Below are positions 59,261 through 64,000 of a stretch of DNA of 64,000 nt, one piece after another (position 1 is the stretch's first letter; every line of letters begins with the position of its first letter). Source of the stretch: an uncultured Chloroflexia bacterium (GTDB lineage Bacteria; Chloroflexota; Dehalococcoidia; GIF9; UBA5629); NCBI GenBank assembly GCA_963752975.1, contig CAVWAG010000003.1, positions 206,793 to 270,792 of the forward strand, read 5' to 3'. Made by a program: the position numbers and the translations under genes. The notes below the pieces were generated by a model. That model worked only from the letters and a program-made list of their open reading frames with translations, ran no database searches and was not told where the DNA came from.

Positions 59261-60784
59261 TTACTGATTGATGTTCCTTTGCCTGTATTGAAGCGCTTCA
59301 GCCAGATGGTTTGTCTTAATCAACGCGGAATTATCCAGGTCTGCCACAGTGCGCGCCAGCTTGAGAGTACGGTGAAACCCGCGGGCAGTAAAGTGTATCT
59401 GTTTCATCGCTGTCCTGAGCAAAGCTTGCGCCGCCGCATCAATGCTGCAAAACTGCTTGACTTCAGATGCCGTCATATCCGCATTGCTGGTTAAATCCGT
59501 CCCCTTGAACCGGTCAAGCTGGAACTGCCTGGCATTTTGTACGCGATGCCTGACTTTCCCCGATTGTTCTGATTGCCTGTCATCCATTAGTTTCTCATAA
59601 TCTATGCGCGGTATATCGAGAAATATATCGATGCGGTCCATCAGTGGACCGCTGATCTTTTTCTGGTAGCGGGTGACGACGGTAGAAGAACATTTACATT
59701 CTTTTACAGGGTCACCGTAATATCCGCAGGGGCAGGGGTTCATCGCAGCCACCAGGATGAAATTGGCAGGGAAGGTCAGGCTTCCCTCCGCGCGGCTGAT
59801 AGTAACTATCTTATCTTCCATGGGTTGGCGCAGCGATTCCAGAGCCGTGTGGTTGAATTCCGGGAACTCGTCCAAAAATAATACTCCCCGGTGGCTGAGG
59901 CTTATTTCACCGGGATGAGGTATGCGTCCGCCTCCTACCAGGCCGGCATGCGAAGTGGAATAATGCGGTGAACGGAAGGGACGTTGTGTTATCAGCGGCA
60001 GGTCCTTGGAGATAAGTCCGCTGACACTGTATATCTTGGTGACCTCGATAGCCTCGGGCAGTGTCAAGCCAGGTAGAATCGCCGCCAGCGCCCGTGCCAG
60101 CATGGTCTTGCCGCTGCCGGGAGGCCCAACCATCAGGACGTTATGGCCGCCGGAAGCCGCTACCTCCAGGGCCCTTTTAGCATGTTCCTGCCCCTTGATA
60201 TGGCACAAATCGTTGTGCTGGTCTTGCTGGCAGGCGTCCTGCCAGGTCACGCCGCCTGAATATCGAGGTAGATCTGATTCACCATGGAAATAACTTACCA
60301 GCTGGCTAAGGGAAATCACCGGGTATACCTCGATGCCATCTATCATGGAAGCTTCCTGCGCATCGTCTGCCGGGACGAAGACCCTGGTTAGCCCCTGTGC
60401 CTGTGCCATGGCTACCATGGGTAATATGCCGTGGAGGTGGCGGACGCTCCCATCAAGTGACAGCTCTCCCAGAAAAAGTGTACCGGTGGCGTCGATATTA
60501 ATCTGCCCGGAACTTACAAGTATGCCAATGGCAATGGGCAAATCATAGGTTGGGCCAACTTTTTTTAAATATGCCGGGGCCAGGTTCACGGTAATCTTGC
60601 GCATGGGAAAAGTGCAACCTGCATTCCGTATAGCTGCGCGTACCCTGTCCCTGGCTTCTTTCACTGCTGCGTCAGGCAGGCCTACAATTAACGTGGCAGG
60701 TAATCCTGGGGATATATCTACCTCAACTTCAACCATGAGGGCGTCAATCCCTACCATCGCTGCTGTGTTGATTCTGGCTAACAT
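59261..60784 (-). CDS. comM: YifB/ComM Mg-chelatase-like AAA+ ATPase
   Basis: IVGLPDAAVKE, NLAPA, GELSLDG, GPPGSGKTMLA, RPFRSPH, FLDEFPEF, AMNPCPCG, SGPLMDRID. Confidence 0.93.
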   Translation of the reverse strand: MLARINTAAMVGIDALMVEVEVDISPGLPATLIVGLPDAAVKEARDRVRAAIRNAGCTFPMRKITVNLAPAYLKKVGPTYDLPIAIGILVSSGQINIDATGTLFLGELSLDGSVRHLHGILPMVAMAQAQGLTRVFVPADDAQEASMIDGIEVYPVISLSQLVSYFHGESDLPRYSGGVTWQDACQQDQHNDLCHIKGQEHAKRALEVAASGGHNVLMVGPPGSGKTMLARALAAILPGLTLPEAIEVTKIYSVSGLISKDLPLITQRPFRSPHYSTSHAGLVGGGRIPHPGEISLSHRGVLFLDEFPEFNHTALESLRQPMEDKIVTISRAEGSLTFPANFILVAAMNPCPCGYYGDPVKECKCSSTVVTRYQKKISGPLMDRIDIFLDIPRIDYEKLMDDRQSEQSGKVRHRVQNARQFQLDRFKGTDLTSNADMTASEVKQFCSIDAAAQALLRTAMKQIHFTARGFHRTLKLARTVADLDNSALIKTNHLAEALQYRQRNINQ

Positions 60785-60888
60785 ATCGAAATCAAGAACT
60801 TTATTGGGTGATTATATCACATATGAGCAAGTTTTTAATATGCTTGCAGCCGCAAAATGATCGGGTGTCGACTTGAAAGGCGGAAAGG

Positions 60889-61806
60889 CTAATCGAGAAC
60901 TGTCTTCAGCGCCTCGGCCAACCCGGGCACAGTTTTATACTTTTTCAGATCTTTTGGTTTTACCCAGGTAAATTCGGTATGTTCCCAGTCAAGCATGATT
61001 TTCTGCGGATCTAAAACGTGGAAGAGGAAGGGGTGCACGATCCATTTTCTATGCAGGCTTTTGTCGATGACCTCCAGGGGTTTTCCCTGCCTGACCAGCT
61101 TGATATTGTTGTTAAACAGGCCTGTTTCCTCCCTTATCTCGGTAATAGCCTGGTCAAGGGCATCTGTCTCAATATAACCGCTGACTCCTGCCCAGGCCCT
61201 TTTATACGTGCCGACCCTGCCGCTGCGCCTCAGCAGCAAGATCAGCTTGCTTTGCTCAAGAAAGCAGGTAACGACATGTTTTTCTTCCAGTACTGCGCCG
61301 GCCGTTTCATCCAGACATTTTTGCAGGTATCCCTTAACCAGCGCCAGGGCAGTTTCAGCAGCCTTGCGCTTGATTTCCTCCCTTTTGCCGCTGAAAATGT
61401 ACCTGTTGGCTATTACACCGGAAGCGGTTGACAGGCCGATATAAAAAAGGCCGACCGGTTTATCAACGGTTGCTCCGCCCGGTCCCGCGATACCCGTGGT
61501 AGATACGCAGATATCCACTTTGAGTACCCTTTTTCCTCCTGTTGCCATCTGACTGGCTACCTCGGCGCTGACCGCTCCATGCAAGAGTAAAGTGGCTTCA
61601 CTGACACCCGCAACATCCGATTTGATGCTATTGCTGTAGGAGACCACCGCTCCCATAAAATAATCTGAGCTGCCGGCAACATTGGTGATTCTATCGGCAA
61701 TGCTGCCCCCGGTTGCTGACTCGACGGCGCCTAAGGTAAGAAACTTTCCCGTTTTATCTTGCAGCGCCCTGGATAAGCGGGCTATCTCGATTTCCGGTTT
61801 TTTCAT
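60889..61806 (-). CDS. NMN deamidase (PncC/CinA C-domain) fused to a C-terminal Nudix hydrolase
   Basis: ESATGG, GSSDYF, YSN..K, HGAVS, TTGIAGPGG, KPVG; then HVVTCFL...LLLRRS...GVSGYIE...EIREETGL...WEH. Confidence 0.85.
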   Translation of the reverse strand: MKKPEIEIARLSRALQDKTGKFLTLGAVESATGGSIADRITNVAGSSDYFMGAVVSYSNSIKSDVAGVSEATLLLHGAVSAEVASQMATGGKRVLKVDICVSTTGIAGPGGATVDKPVGLFYIGLSTASGVIANRYIFSGKREEIKRKAAETALALVKGYLQKCLDETAGAVLEEKHVVTCFLEQSKLILLLRRSGRVGTYKRAWAGVSGYIETDALDQAITEIREETGLFNNNIKLVRQGKPLEVIDKSLHRKWIVHPFLFHVLDPQKIMLDWEHTEFTWVKPKDLKKYKTVPGLAEALKTVLD

Positions 61807-61899
61807 TATGCTTCACAGCCTGTTTATCAATATCCAGGAGGCATTTTAACAGAATCGGCGTTTTCAATGTAGCCGGGCATAGCTGATATAATTAGTCGC

Positions 61900-62673
61900 G
61901 TGGAACCGGCGAAAGATACGATACTGTTCCTGGGGACCGGAGGAGCAAGATTTACAGTTGCAAAACAACTGTTAGCAACCGGTGGGGCCTGGATGAACCT
62001 TGGCGGCACACAGATACTATTGGACCCGGGGCCGGGCTCACTGGTTTATGCCATCAAACACAAATGTGAACCTCCACAGTTGAGCGCCATCATCCTTTCT
62101 CACAAACATCTCGATCATTCTGTTGACATAAATGTGATGATTGAGGCGATGACCGATGGGGGTTGGAAACCGCGCGGATGTTTGTTTGCTCCCTCAGACG
62201 CGTTTAATAATGGCGCCGTAATATTTCCCTACCTGCAGAAATATCCGCAAAAGGTTGAATTGCTGGAGGAAGGGAAGCAGTATTCTGTAGGTGGAGTTGA
62301 GTTCAGTACGCCGGTCAAGCACATTCACCAGGTGGAAACTTACGGGTTTGTATTCCGGACTCCAACGCATAAATTTTCCTGGATAACAGATACCAGGGTT
62401 TTTGATGATCTGGCCAGCCACTATAAGGCTGAACTTGTAATTATCAACGTGCTTAGCCTTGAGAGCAGGCTTCCCGTCGACCACCTTTCACTGCGGGATG
62501 CGGAACTGATAATTAAGGAGATCAGGCCGAAAATGGCTGTGCTGACCCATTTCGGGCTTACCATGTGGCCGGTCAAACCGTGGGAGATTGAGAGCAAAGT
62601 CAGTGAGGATACAGGTGTCAGGGTGATCGCGGCAAGGGATGGGATGAAATTAGACCTCGATGAGGTTACCTAA
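61900..62673 (+). CDS. MBL-fold metallo-hydrolase
   Basis: FLGTGG, DPGPG, SHKHLDH, TDT, HL, LTHFG, ARDG. Confidence 0.88.
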   Translation: MEPAKDTILFLGTGGARFTVAKQLLATGGAWMNLGGTQILLDPGPGSLVYAIKHKCEPPQLSAIILSHKHLDHSVDINVMIEAMTDGGWKPRGCLFAPSDAFNNGAVIFPYLQKYPQKVELLEEGKQYSVGGVEFSTPVKHIHQVETYGFVFRTPTHKFSWITDTRVFDDLASHYKAELVIINVLSLESRLPVDHLSLRDAELIIKEIRPKMAVLTHFGLTMWPVKPWEIESKVSEDTGVRVIAARDGMKLDLDEVT

Positions 62674-62681
62674 AATACAGG

Positions 62682-64000
62682 CTATTCAGATAATAAATCG
62701 AGGATATTTTTTGCGAGGCAGGGGGTAATCCCCTTGACTGATGCCAGTTCTTCGATGGAAGCGTCCTTCAGATTGCGGACAGAGCCGAACCTCTTTACCA
62801 GCGCTTTTTTCCGTGCCGGGCCAATGCCGGGTAGAGAATCCAGGGCTGACTCCCTGCTTTTTTGGAACGGATGTTCCTGTGGTAGGTGACTGCAAACCTG
62901 TGGGCTTCATCCCTGATACGCTGCAGCAGGTGAAGTTCGTGCTGATCGTTTGGATATCGGTACTGCTGCAGCGAGTCCGGGTCGGAATACATCTTCATTT
63001 TCCTTGGCCAGGCTGATAATGGGCGTATCAGCGGCTTGAACTTCCCGCAGGGCGGAACCGGCGGCGTGGAGATGACCCTTACCACCATCGATGAGTACGA
63101 GGTCAGGCATCGATGACCATTTACCGGAGCTATCGCTATGAACTGCGAATCTCCTCTTGAGCATTTCTCTCATCATGGCGTAATCATCGGACTGCGGGAC
63201 TGACCTGATCTTGAACCTTCGGTACAGCGACGGCCGTGGAGCGCCATTTTCGAATACTACCATACTGCCTACAGCATTGGTGCCCTGTATATTGGATATA
63301 TCGAATGCCTCTATCCTGTGCGGGATCCCCGGCAGTTTGAGTAAGTCTTTTAAGTTTGAAAGTACCTGCAAATTCTCGGGGCGTGCCGCTTGCCCTGCTT
63401 TATAAATCTCCAGTTGCTGGCGCGCATTTTCCGCCACCATCCCGATAAGGCGCAGTCCTGCTCCTTTCACGGGCACTCTTAGCTCTACCCAGGATCCCTT
63501 CCTGTCTTTTAACCACTCACTGACCAGCAAAGGCTGATCAATTTGAGACTGTAGCAGGATAAGGCCGGGTATGTGCTCAATCGAAGAGTAATACTGTTGC
63601 ATGAAAGTCTGCAGCAGATAGGCATCAGTTTCATCCCTGACATCGTCCATAATAAAATGCTCATCTCCCCCGAGTTTGGCGTCCTTTACCGAAAAAATCC
63701 TGACGCACGCCGTGCTTTCATCCCGGGCAAGCGCGATGGCATCCTGCTCACCACGGATATTAAGAGGAATTTTATGGCTGGCGATAACCGCTTCAATTGC
63801 CTGTACCTGATCGCGTATCTGTGCGGCCTTTTCATATTTCATAGATTGTGAAGCTTCCAGCATATTTCTCTTTAATTCATGAAGGACTATTTCCTCCTGA
63901 CCTTCTAACATAGCTATTATTTTCCTGACAAGTTCGCCATATTCAGCCCTGCTGATGGCCCCGATACACGGACCCGGGCAGCGCCGGATGTGATACTTGA
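62682..64000 (-). CDS. uvrC: Excinuclease ABC subunit C (5' part outside the window; frameshifts near 62945 and 62850)
   Basis: [53 protein letters not shown] HhH; stop at 62682-62684. Confidence 0.95.

Overview
Mostly core-genome region of an anaerobic bacterium, most likely Chloroflexota (Dehalococcoidia-like), judged from the 16S sequence, the unlinked 16S gene and the gene content. In order it carries: mrp and a PRC-barrel gene, holA, a divergent kdpDE / kdpFABC potassium-pump cluster, a GH57-based glycogen cluster (glgC, glgA, ROK kinase, two GH57 genes), mutS, argJBDGH-rpe, rpmB, fakA-degV-degV-recG, argS-trpS-IMPase, an Lrp/aminotransferase pair, gatCA, three accessory genes, prfA-prmC, etfBA, an IS110 element, EF-G2, a stand-alone 16S rRNA, three tRNAs, tuf-rpmG-secE-nusG-rplKAJL, comM, a PncC-Nudix fusion, an MBL hydrolase and uvrC. 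Many genes, including essential ones, have single-base frameshifts that look like long-read indel errors. The standout is a complete 1,152-bp IS110 element (46855-48006). Its left non-coding end encodes a bridge RNA whose four guide segments match the flanking target (CCCGTCC-CT-ACGT) and the element's own joined ends (ACAGTTG-CT-TGTAT). A sigma70-like promoter is completed only on circularisation. The element sits inside a GTAG-type REP palindrome, and an unoccupied sister REP lies at about 38.9 kb. RNA-guided IS110 recombination is a known mechanism; this ortholog, its guides and its REP target may be undescribed, but that could not be checked here.
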